Shown here: in pieces, positions 8,844-17,526 of the stretch | How the letters are laid out: each line of letters starts with the position of its first letter | Numbering within the stretch: the stretch's first letter is position 1 | IMG/VR virus record: IMGVR_UViG_3300012931_000024 | Location: 1-54,093 of that record | DNA length: 54,093 nt | Reading direction: 5' to 3' (one strand) | Source of the DNA: a virus | Taxonomy: Duplodnaviria > Caudoviricetes | Made by a program: the position numbers and the translations under genes | Notes under the pieces: generated by a model | Told to the model about the DNA's origin: nothing | Seen by the model: only the letters and a program-made list of their open reading frames with translations | Database searches by the model: none

Positions 8844-9833
8844 TTAGGTCACCGATTTAATTCCAGCTTCCATATCATCTACCCCGGATTGGGTCCAAGG
8901 ATTGCTGGTATTAGGATTAACAGCCCATAAATTGCATACAGCACCAACAACAGTAGGTACTGCTTTATTACCACTGAAATAATTTGTACCACCAGACCTA
9001 ACTGCCAACTGAATATTCTGTGGTGTAGGGGTTCCTTCTTTTACACATCTGGCTTGTACTTGTACACATTGGATAGAACCTATTGAACCAACAAGACTAC
9101 CCATTCCATAAAGGTCAACTTGGTCTACGGAATTTATAGATACATAATCTGTATCTGAAGGCGGAACTTCTTCTACACAGTCCCAGTTACTTCCAGCAGA
9201 TGGTGTCCATTGGGTAAGATTTCCAGCTCCAGTTGGAACAATTCCTTGAATCCTGGTATTTCCAGGATAAGCAGCATCATCTATAACAAGATTATCAAAA
9301 TAACAATAAGGGGCCATAGCGGGAACACCCCCGAGATATACAGAATTCATAGTAGTATCAGCCCCGGGTTTGGTATCTCCAGTAAAATCAATATCTATTA
9401 CACCGTTTATCTTAACTACAATACGCCCACCTGAATCAGCAATTTTATAATAAAGTTCAATTCTATGAGTAGTATTTATTGACATGGGAATGGTACCTGA
9501 AGCCACAAGTGAAGAGGTACCAACATAAGCTTGAACTACTCCTGTAACCGTATAACGGCGTAGATGACCAATACAGGTAGCATCTTTATAAACCCAAATT
9601 AAAATGCCAGCAGAAGAATTTGCTGGGCGATACCTAAAAGCAAAATATTTTTCTGATGCAGCCACCATTCCTCTTTGTAGATATGCACTACTACCTGTAT
9701 TCATATCAACACAATAACTTCCGTCCATATCAAGTCCGGACGTAGAAATTATTACTGGTTTGCCTCCGGCAATAGTAACATTCCATAAACCAAGTCCACC
9801 TGATTCAAAACCATCTATAAATTCTCTGGCCAT
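8844..9833 (-). CDS. virion tail/receptor-binding protein, ConA/LamG-like beta-sandwich
   Basis: FIDGFESG start; YFDNLVIDD; NPNTSNPWT C-terminal motif; position at the end of the tail module. Confidence 0.65.
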   Translation of the reverse strand: MAREFIDGFESGGLGLWNVTIAGGKPVIISTSGLDMDGSYCVDMNTGSSAYLQRGMVAASEKYFAFRYRPANSSAGILIWVYKDATCIGHLRRYTVTGVVQAYVGTSSLVASGTIPMSINTTHRIELYYKIADSGGRIVVKINGVIDIDFTGDTKPGADTTMNSVYLGGVPAMAPYCYFDNLVIDDAAYPGNTRIQGIVPTGAGNLTQWTPSAGSNWDCVEEVPPSDTDYVSINSVDQVDLYGMGSLVGSIGSIQCVQVQARCVKEGTPTPQNIQLAVRSGGTNYFSGNKAVPTVVGAVCNLWAVNPNTSNPWTQSGVDDMEAGIKSVT

Positions 9834-9845
9834 CGTCCTTCTCCT

Positions 9846-11687
9846 TTAAGCGAATTGCTCACATTTGAGTGTTACAGTATATGTACCTTGATTACCTGTA
9901 TCGTTATTCGTAATCTTGACGTGCAACTCACTGGTTTCATCAGCATCATTGACCCAAAAAGGCAACCAATCCTCAAAGTCTTCGGCCGGATTTATTAATT
10001 CAGCCTTATAAAGCAAATCCGCAGCTAGAAATGTATCTTTGGCAAAAATCTCAATGTTATAAGTCCCAGTTACTAAACCCCCAGTCTCTTCCACTTTCAA
10101 ATAATGACAAAGACCACGATTTAGAAAATCAATAGCATTAGTTTGGGTATTACCACTCGCAGCAACAATTATTCCAGATTTAACAAAAGTTCTATCTTGA
10201 GTTCCAACTCCGGTAACCTTCTTATAATATCCTTGTAACCAAACTCTAACATTGGCAGTTCCAACCCCACTGGCAAAAACAAAAAATTGACCAATTACAT
10301 CATCATCCACTGGTAAGATAATAGTTTCTAAATTGTCATCATCCGACCAAATTGTGAAAGCCATTGGCGGGGAACTGAATGAGCCTTTCTTTTTGAACAG
10401 GATTTTAACGCTAGAACCTGGAGCAGAATCCCAAAATTGTACTCTGAGAGCAACGGCTTCAACTCCTAATGGAGCTTCTACATAGGAACTAAAGTCAATA
10501 TCCTCATAATCGCTTGAGGAATCACGGGCCAAATCTTCAAGAACTAAATCTGGGTCTTCTTTTCCAATATATTGAGTTAGGGCTTGAACACCAAGGTCAA
10601 CAATACCTTCGTCAATATCATGCCAAGTTGTACCACCATCGTCTGTCCACCGCCACTTACCAGTGTCTCTATCCCATTCAAATTTCGCATTCGGGTCGTC
10701 TCCATTCTCTACTACAATACCTGCTTTTCCAGTAGGAGAACCGGTTGCATCAGAATCAATGACAAATTCGGGATAAGTTGTTCCTTGGTCGGTACCCTGA
10801 GTATGACCACCTCCCCCACCTGTCCCAGCAATTGCAGGAGTGCGATAATCAACAACGGTAGTAATTGCACCACTGGCAGCAACCGCCGTGTAGAGACCAA
10901 TTTGACCAGAAGTAAAGCCAGTAGTATTTGCTGAGATGGTTCCATCAGTTGGGTCAAGTTCTATGTAATTCAAAAGGTCATCAGTCAGAGCAACCTGACC
11001 ATCTGGTGTAGTATAAAAATCAGAATCATTACGAACTTTCCCACCCTTATACTTAAAATTTAATCCACTATGAGGCAAATCTTGAGCATAGTAACCACCA
11101 AACATGTCCTGGCCTTCTTCAAGTTCCTCAAAGCGGTCTGCAACCTTCTCAAAAGTTTTAGCCTTGGCCGCAGAGGTAAGCATATCTGCATAATCATCGC
11201 CATCAAAAAGAATGTTTACTCCGGTATAAAGGGCTTTATCATCCACTATATGAGTTACAGAGTCCCATGAGAATTGACGAGTGGTGGTTGTATCAGCACT
11301 AGCACTAATAATCGGAACCCCAGAACCATCTAAATTAACATAGTAAGTTCCGGTAGACTTTCCTGCCATACTAAGTTGAACAGTACCTGAGCTATAATAG
11401 AAAGTCCCCCGAAATCCAGAGATATAGGCCCCACCTGCTACTGCCAAATTATATGAAGGACCAGTTAATGTACCTTCACTAAAATCATAAGAGCCTTTTC
11501 CAATAATTCCACGACGGTCTAAAATTTCTGCTAGACCATAAGGAACTGCAAGTCCTCCAGATTGTCCGGTTACTTGCCCTAGCAATTGTTCCAGATAAGT
11601 TTTTATCATGGAATAATTTGCATTATGACGGGTAATGTAATCTGACATTCCTACCGCAAAAGAAGTATATAGCGGGACCTCTTCCAT
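9846..11687 (-). CDS. tail fibre/baseplate-associated structural protein
   Basis: 613 aa, Gly/Thr/Ser/Asp-rich beta-type composition; tail-module position. Confidence 0.65.
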   Translation of the reverse strand: MEEVPLYTSFAVGMSDYITRHNANYSMIKTYLEQLLGQVTGQSGGLAVPYGLAEILDRRGIIGKGSYDFSEGTLTGPSYNLAVAGGAYISGFRGTFYYSSGTVQLSMAGKSTGTYYVNLDGSGVPIISASADTTTTRQFSWDSVTHIVDDKALYTGVNILFDGDDYADMLTSAAKAKTFEKVADRFEELEEGQDMFGGYYAQDLPHSGLNFKYKGGKVRNDSDFYTTPDGQVALTDDLLNYIELDPTDGTISANTTGFTSGQIGLYTAVAASGAITTVVDYRTPAIAGTGGGGGHTQGTDQGTTYPEFVIDSDATGSPTGKAGIVVENGDDPNAKFEWDRDTGKWRWTDDGGTTWHDIDEGIVDLGVQALTQYIGKEDPDLVLEDLARDSSSDYEDIDFSSYVEAPLGVEAVALRVQFWDSAPGSSVKILFKKKGSFSSPPMAFTIWSDDDNLETIILPVDDDVIGQFFVFASGVGTANVRVWLQGYYKKVTGVGTQDRTFVKSGIIVAASGNTQTNAIDFLNRGLCHYLKVEETGGLVTGTYNIEIFAKDTFLAADLLYKAELINPAEDFEDWLPFWVNDADETSELHVKITNNDTGNQGTYTVTLKCEQFA

Positions 11688-11692
11688 GACTT

Positions 11693-12175
11693 TTACTCCG
11701 TCTCTAATGGAATCAATTCAACAAATGACCCTGAAGCTGTAAATCTACCTTGTGATCCATAAGGTAGAATACCATAACCTTCTCCACACAGTGAACCAAG
11801 TTCGCCATAAGTTAATGGACGAACCAAAAGACCGGACCAAGCTTCCCTAACTTTACGAACTAAGTCCTCTTCAAAAGTCACATATATAATATGACCAAAA
11901 CCCCTTGATGTTTTTGATAAACCAGAAATTACATACCGACCATCATTAACTTTTCTAAGAGCAACTGCCTTTCCTTGTTCTGCATAAATAAGTTCCCGAT
12001 TATTAGAAGCTACTGGAACCATCCGAAGGACTTGTTCTTCGCCAATATCAACATCACAAGCCCACATCCAATTGGAACCATCAGCATAGAACTGATAAAA
12101 TGGTGAAGCAATAAGACCAACAAGGTCTCCAGATGCTTGAGCAATACTCCAATCAATGATTCTTCTAAGGCTCAT
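11693..12175 (-). CDS. putative tail-tip protein
   Basis: Tail operon position; tight coupling. Confidence 0.55.
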   Translation of the reverse strand: MSLRRIIDWSIAQASGDLVGLIASPFYQFYADGSNWMWACDVDIGEEQVLRMVPVASNNRELIYAEQGKAVALRKVNDGRYVISGLSKTSRGFGHIIYVTFEEDLVRKVREAWSGLLVRPLTYGELGSLCGEGYGILPYGSQGRFTASGSFVELIPLETE

Positions 12176-12402
12176 ATTAATAATGCCTTTACAAACTCAA
12201 GATAGACTTTTTCTGCAATTCGCATCCCTTCAACTTGTGTTCTCACCGGAATTGTTTTATTTCCGGGAAATTTTGGAGATACAAAGTACCTTTTCTCTCC
12301 TGTATGATAAGCCACTGTTATTAAAATTGCTGGGAATCCTTCAATTCTACCATTAAGAACCCCAGATTTCATTCTACTCCATTTGAGTGGTTTTATTTTC
12401 AC
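12172..12402 (-). CDS. hypothetical protein
   Basis: Overlapping operon ORF. Confidence 0.55.
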   Translation of the reverse strand: MKIKPLKWSRMKSGVLNGRIEGFPAILITVAYHTGEKRYFVSPKFPGNKTIPVRTQVEGMRIAEKVYLEFVKALLI

Positions 12403-12703
12403 AATTCAAAACACCTTTCTCCAACCCCCACCTAAATAATTCTCCTATGTCTCTACAACCAACCTTTCGTTTAAGATTAGTCATGTGACTTTCTATGGTT
12501 TTTACCGATAAAAATTGAGATTCAGCAATTTCTTTAATTGAATTTCCTTTCCATCGGAGACGCAATATTTCAATTTCTTGCATTGTTGGTATTATAAATT
12601 TCATCAATGACCCACAATTAGGACAAACAAAGGTTCCTTTCTTTAATTTCCCATTTTCTGCAAATTCTACTTTATCAGCACATATAAATTCATTTTTCTT
12701 CAT
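12374..12703 (-). CDS. LuxR/GerE-type HTH regulator with N-terminal Zn ribbon
   Basis: CPNC motif; TMQEIEILRL..G.SIKEIAESQFLSVKTIESHMTNLKRKVG. Confidence 0.85.
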   Translation of the reverse strand: MKKNEFICADKVEFAENGKLKKGTFVCPNCGSLMKFIIPTMQEIEILRLRWKGNSIKEIAESQFLSVKTIESHMTNLKRKVGCRDIGELFRWGLEKGVLNCENKTTQME

Positions 12704-14343
12704 GCGGTCAACACCTTACAACCAGTAAGAGTAAGGATTGGTATCTCCCCTCTTTTAATTGTTTTACTCATATCAGTAACAATGAATTTACGATTGTCTG
12801 GAAGACCAAGAATGTCTCCGATTTCTATAGCTAAATCATCATCCAAAAGTAATTGTCTTGGTAGAGTATTACTCTTTTCCCAAATCAATTCCGTTATTGC
12901 TAAAGTATCTGCTTGTTCATAACTTCCAATCAAATCATTCTTTATCTCTTTCTCATTTTCTTCCCAATAATTAAGACCATCTTCAATAGCAATAGATTGA
13001 CGTTCTAAATAAACATAATCAAAAGGTGTCCCCCATATTTCGTATTGGGCTGACCCCATTGACATTGTAATAGCAAATATTCCAGCCATAGCAGCCATTT
13101 GTAAAATACTACCAGGTCCTGGAATTGTCCATGCTGTGCCCGGAACTTCGCCAACCATAATTGAACCAGAAGGCATAACGACAGCCCCAAGTACAACTTC
13201 CCCAAAACAAGGCATAATATTTGTACTATTTGATTCAGTTTTATCCGGTGTATAAAAAGCCGCTGCCAGATAAATTAAGACAAGAACTGAATAGAGGATA
13301 GGTACCCATATAGCAATATCTACATGGATTTCACCATGAAATACATCTACCTCAACGTAACGTTCTGTTCCTACTGGCAGAATTCCAGAATTTACAGATT
13401 TGATGATTTTCATCCAAGTATTATATGCCCTTTGTTTATGGTCTTCAGACCACCAACATTCGAGTTTCTCATGCATAGAAAAGAAGCCAGTTGTTACCTG
13501 TGCTTCACCAAGTTTCTGGACTGGTCCATCAACTCTTTCCAATTCTGCATCTAAAAATGTTACTTTTACTTTATTAATACCATCAGCATTGTATTCAGGA
13601 ATTTCATAATTATATATTCTGATATAATCGGGTAGATAACGGTCTACAGACCTATTCATATTTTTATTGAGGCTATAAAGTTTTCCTTCACCATCAAAAT
13701 ATGGTATTTTACTTACTGTTCCTAATATAATAGTTATAGATTCCCAAGGAGTCATCAATACCAATTGATTAACCCGATGGCGTAATTGAAGACCTAATAC
13801 TGGTGGAACCCGTAATTCCGATGCCTGAATATCCACAAATATTTGACAAATATCTTGTAACATGACACCTAATTCTGAACCAACTGTATATTCTCTTGTT
13901 GTTATTTTACGTCTTTGCAAGGATTGAGCATTTTCTCTAGAAAAGACACTTATTTGGGTTTGTAGGGTTTTGCTAGAACGAATCTTCTTCCACCCCACTT
14001 GACCTCGGATTTGTCCAGTAAAAGTCCACATCCATTCACTTTCATTGACTCTAGAATCTCCTTCTTTCAATCTAATAATTGCTTTATCAGCTATATAGTT
14101 CTTATATTCTCCGGTATCTGGATGGAATTGTTTTTCTGGGTCTGAAAGAGTAAATTTGAACATCTTTGGAGTCCAGGAAATATTAGTACAATAAGGAGTA
14201 AGGTCTAAAGGACCTTGAGTAAATTCACCACGTACAATTTGACCAATGGTATTGACTTTTCCATCATAAGCATAAATCTTATAAGCAGGTCGTCTTGGGA
14301 AGGTTCCTTGCGCTTCCTCTAAATTATTAGGTAATTCTCTCAT
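12700..14343 (-). CDS. tail-tip/baseplate hub-like protein containing hydrophobic segments
   Basis: 547 aa downstream of the tape measure; IEIGDILGL..FIVTDMS hub-like C-terminus. Confidence 0.6.
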   Translation of the reverse strand: MRELPNNLEEAQGTFPRRPAYKIYAYDGKVNTIGQIVRGEFTQGPLDLTPYCTNISWTPKMFKFTLSDPEKQFHPDTGEYKNYIADKAIIRLKEGDSRVNESEWMWTFTGQIRGQVGWKKIRSSKTLQTQISVFSRENAQSLQRRKITTREYTVGSELGVMLQDICQIFVDIQASELRVPPVLGLQLRHRVNQLVLMTPWESITIILGTVSKIPYFDGEGKLYSLNKNMNRSVDRYLPDYIRIYNYEIPEYNADGINKVKVTFLDAELERVDGPVQKLGEAQVTTGFFSMHEKLECWWSEDHKQRAYNTWMKIIKSVNSGILPVGTERYVEVDVFHGEIHVDIAIWVPILYSVLVLIYLAAAFYTPDKTESNSTNIMPCFGEVVLGAVVMPSGSIMVGEVPGTAWTIPGPGSILQMAAMAGIFAITMSMGSAQYEIWGTPFDYVYLERQSIAIEDGLNYWEENEKEIKNDLIGSYEQADTLAITELIWEKSNTLPRQLLLDDDLAIEIGDILGLPDNRKFIVTDMSKTIKRGEIPILTLTGCKVLTA

Positions 14344-14897
14344 TACGGAATTTCTCCCATAATTCTCATGGTTAAAACAACTTCAGCGGGAATATAACCA
14401 CTGTGCATAGCATAATAATCAAATATTACTGTATCACTTCCTCCCACCTGAAGTCCTTCTATTACTACATAATAACCCTTTGTAGTACGGTCTTTAGGAT
14501 ACCATTCAATATAACCAGTAGTTGGCGGGTTAATAAAATACTCCCATAAACGCCGAAAGAAATAAGCAGACATTCTGGAAACTTTATCTCTACCAGACCA
14601 AGTCTCTTTCACAGGACGGTCTTTCAAATAACCTGGCCACTTGGAAGTTAAACTATCTTCAATAGTCATTTCCGTCTGATAAAGTGGACGGGCTGTTAAG
14701 GGAATTGTATCAAAATTTTCATATTTATCCGGGAAACTCTCATAAATAATTGGAGGAAAAATATCTGATGGATAATGTAATTCTCTAGAAGCTTCCGTAC
14801 CAGTATTCTCCGGAAGAAGAATCAGGTCGGCGGTTTCTTCAAAGGTTTCAATTGGTTCTTGCACTTCAAAAGTCGTTTGGGAAGTTAATTCAGCCAT
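14343..14897 (-). CDS. distal-tail-like protein
   Basis: Size and position in the tail-tip cluster; start MAELTS coupled to the upstream stop. Confidence 0.55.
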   Translation of the reverse strand: MAELTSQTTFEVQEPIETFEETADLILLPENTGTEASRELHYPSDIFPPIIYESFPDKYENFDTIPLTARPLYQTEMTIEDSLTSKWPGYLKDRPVKETWSGRDKVSRMSAYFFRRLWEYFINPPTTGYIEWYPKDRTTKGYYVVIEGLQVGGSDTVIFDYYAMHSGYIPAEVVLTMRIMGEIP

Positions 14898-15994
14898 TAT
14901 TCCCCCCAAGTAATAGTGCTTTCTAGTACTAAAGTTTCTTCACATCCTTGGTCATCAGGAGTCTGATAACGAAAAGAGGTAGAGCCATTCAATTCAGAAG
15001 TAGAAAAAGGATTTAACAAAACTCCTTCCACAGGTGGGGTCATTTCAGCATCAATAACAAATGGAGTAACTCCCTCCCCATTATCTCCATATAAATGTGC
15101 TACAAAAGAGGCTTTATCTCCTGCTCTAATCCGTGATACCGGAACAGGGTCTGTAAGACCAACTACCTTATACATGGGATAATAAATTTCAAATTGACTT
15201 CGACAAGCCCCGTCTACAGCATCAGGTAATTGCCTTAATACTATTACTCGTTTGCGTCGGGTATCAAAAGTTATAAGATAATTTATAGCATCAGGAGTAG
15301 GATCTTGAACCGTACTGAACATTTCCCAACGGGGAGGATCCCGTCGGTAATTGGCTTTAGAAATCTCTCCTGTACTGGTAATTATCCAACAATAATCTCG
15401 GTTCTCATAAGTTAAATATCCTAAATAAGGACCTGATATTCGTAAACGGGACCGTCTAGTGGGAGTACCAGAAATATCCCAAACATCCAACATTCCTCCA
15501 GCAATCCCTACAAAAAGTCTATCCTCTCTATTTACTACAGCATAAATATAGGTCGATGGGGGAGTCCAAGTATATGGATCAACTTTCCACATTCCAGAAA
15601 GCCACCATAATGAATTCCATGGAACTTCCTGAACTTCAGTAGATACTTTTTGGGTTGTATAAATTTTATTGTAACTACCTACACCAGCATGATTGGCCCA
15701 TTGTCCAGCAATATAACCTGCTGTAGCTCTTCCTACAAAAGAAAAATCAGAAGCCCTCCATACTAAACATTCAAATGTAAAACCAGGCCATTCAATACAA
15801 TTAAACCAAATATAGGCCACTATATAATCATTTGATGGCTCATAAAAGAAATGGGGAATACTAAGAACATTTTCAGGATAAATACGTGGTGGGGTAATCA
15901 ACCATGGATTCCAAACAATTCCAAGATATCCAGAACCAGTATATGGCCGATATTGAAAAATTGGAGATATTGTGTCTTGTAACCATAAAGCCAT
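14897..15994 (-). CDS. tail-associated beta-propeller-like protein with C-terminal Ig-like domain
   Basis: Trp/Tyr-rich beta strands; C-terminus resembles that of 15994..16941. Confidence 0.55.
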   Translation of the reverse strand: MALWLQDTISPIFQYRPYTGSGYLGIVWNPWLITPPRIYPENVLSIPHFFYEPSNDYIVAYIWFNCIEWPGFTFECLVWRASDFSFVGRATAGYIAGQWANHAGVGSYNKIYTTQKVSTEVQEVPWNSLWWLSGMWKVDPYTWTPPSTYIYAVVNREDRLFVGIAGGMLDVWDISGTPTRRSRLRISGPYLGYLTYENRDYCWIITSTGEISKANYRRDPPRWEMFSTVQDPTPDAINYLITFDTRRKRVIVLRQLPDAVDGACRSQFEIYYPMYKVVGLTDPVPVSRIRAGDKASFVAHLYGDNGEGVTPFVIDAEMTPPVEGVLLNPFSTSELNGSTSFRYQTPDDQGCEETLVLESTITWGE

Positions 15995-16941
15995 TAGATT
16001 ACCACTCTTACCTTAATTGTATCAGATCCTAAACCAACTTCAGGACCGAAATAATAATTTTCAGCATAACCATTTTCATCTGTTTTAGAACGCTCCTTCT
16101 CTAAACTTCCAATGGGAGTTCCAAGGAGAGACCAATGAATCCAATAATTTGGAATAACTTCCCCTTGGTCGCCAGTTAATCTTGTTTTAACCACTGTTCC
16201 CGTCAAACGATGAAGATGGGTTTCAGTTGGAACTAAATAAGGTGCTTGCAAAGTATAAGGAACTGCCTCCATAATATATACTCTAACTTTATGGTCTGAT
16301 TGAATAGTAATTACTAGGTTATGAACACAATCATAAGCGGCCAGAATGCAAGGACTAATACTAGTTTGCCATATAATTATCCGTGCAATATAATCCAATA
16401 AAACTACCTTGCCAGTAGTATAATCAATAGCTACTATTCTATGATAACCAGCCCAAGCTAAATGGTCATATTGAATCCCTGTTCCGGTACCCAAATTTAA
16501 TTCTGCAATCATATTACCAGTGGACAAATCCCAAAAACGTAAAATACTACTATAATAACAAGTAATGGCTATCCCGGCCTCATCATCAATAAAATTTCCT
16601 GGTCTCCGGGAATAAGTGTCAGCTTCCCAACTTCCACTTATTACTTCCTCTATATTATATCCCATTATTTCATCCGCTGCCAAAACTGCAATTCTATTCA
16701 TAGAGGCTTCTAGCCAAGCATGACGTCCATAAACTCGGCTAAAAAGAAAATAGGTAGATGGAGGATTAATAATCATTTTTGCCAAAGAACCGTCTCGAAA
16801 TAATTTACTAGTATATCTTAGCATATAACTCTCATGGAATAACATAGCATCCCATGTCTTTAAATAACAAATATGAGTATTGTTCCAATAACCACTAAAA
16901 GGAGTAATAGTTTTGGAAGATGTATAAATTAAATTAAGCAT
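15994..16941 (-). CDS. tail-associated beta-propeller-like protein with C-terminal Ig-like domain
   Basis: WD-like LRFWDLSTG; KTDENGYA Big_1-like motif. Confidence 0.55.
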   Translation of the reverse strand: MLNLIYTSSKTITPFSGYWNNTHICYLKTWDAMLFHESYMLRYTSKLFRDGSLAKMIINPPSTYFLFSRVYGRHAWLEASMNRIAVLAADEIMGYNIEEVISGSWEADTYSRRPGNFIDDEAGIAITCYYSSILRFWDLSTGNMIAELNLGTGTGIQYDHLAWAGYHRIVAIDYTTGKVVLLDYIARIIIWQTSISPCILAAYDCVHNLVITIQSDHKVRVYIMEAVPYTLQAPYLVPTETHLHRLTGTVVKTRLTGDQGEVIPNYWIHWSLLGTPIGSLEKERSKTDENGYAENYYFGPEVGLGSDTIKVRVVI

Positions 16942-17197
16942 TTCCCCATCGCACCTTTACTCTATCATGCCAACCTTCTTCTACTGTCTGTGGAGCAAAA
17001 TAAGGATTAACACTTAATCCCGCACCATCAGTTTTGGTTTTATCCCATTTTAAAGTTCCTAGAGGAGCACCCTCAAAACCAGTTGCAGGATCTATCGAAA
17101 CTAACTCCCAATATACCGCCTGGTCTGGATTGTCTCCAACAAAGGTAATCATACAGCCTCCACCTACATGAGGCATTTTAGGAATTAAAATACTCAT
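16934..17197 (-). CDS. stand-alone Ig-like (Big_1-like) domain protein
   Basis: KTDGAGLS..Y.AP..D.VKV resembles the C-terminus of the next gene. Confidence 0.5.
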   Translation of the reverse strand: MSILIPKMPHVGGGCMITFVGDNPDQAVYWELVSIDPATGFEGAPLGTLKWDKTKTDGAGLSVNPYFAPQTVEEGWHDRVKVRWGNA

Positions 17198-17526
17198 AAA
17201 GGAATTCCATATTTTTTAAGAAATAAATCCAAATCTGGTTCATCAACTGAAATAGTCTCTACTATATGACCAGAAATCCCATCAATTATTTCATATTGTT
17301 CATAATTTCGCCTAATAGTATATTCCCAAACACCTTGTTGTTCCAATTGTTCAATCAACCAATCTAACATTTCATGTGGTTTGTCCAATTGAAACATTCC
17401 AGGCATCATAAAAGGAACTACTAATGGCGGCAACGAGATAGGTTTAGCTAATATTTCCGCAGTTTGTGTAAGCCACAAATCAAATTTTTCCGGTCCACCG
17501 AACATTTTGAAAAATTGATTTTTCAT
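17194..17526 (-). CDS. hypothetical protein
   Basis: Coupled to the tape measure stop. Confidence 0.6.
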   Translation of the reverse strand: MKNQFFKMFGGPEKFDLWLTQTAEILAKPISLPPLVVPFMMPGMFQLDKPHEMLDWLIEQLEQQGVWEYTIRRNYEQYEIIDGISGHIVETISVDEPDLDLFLKKYGIPL

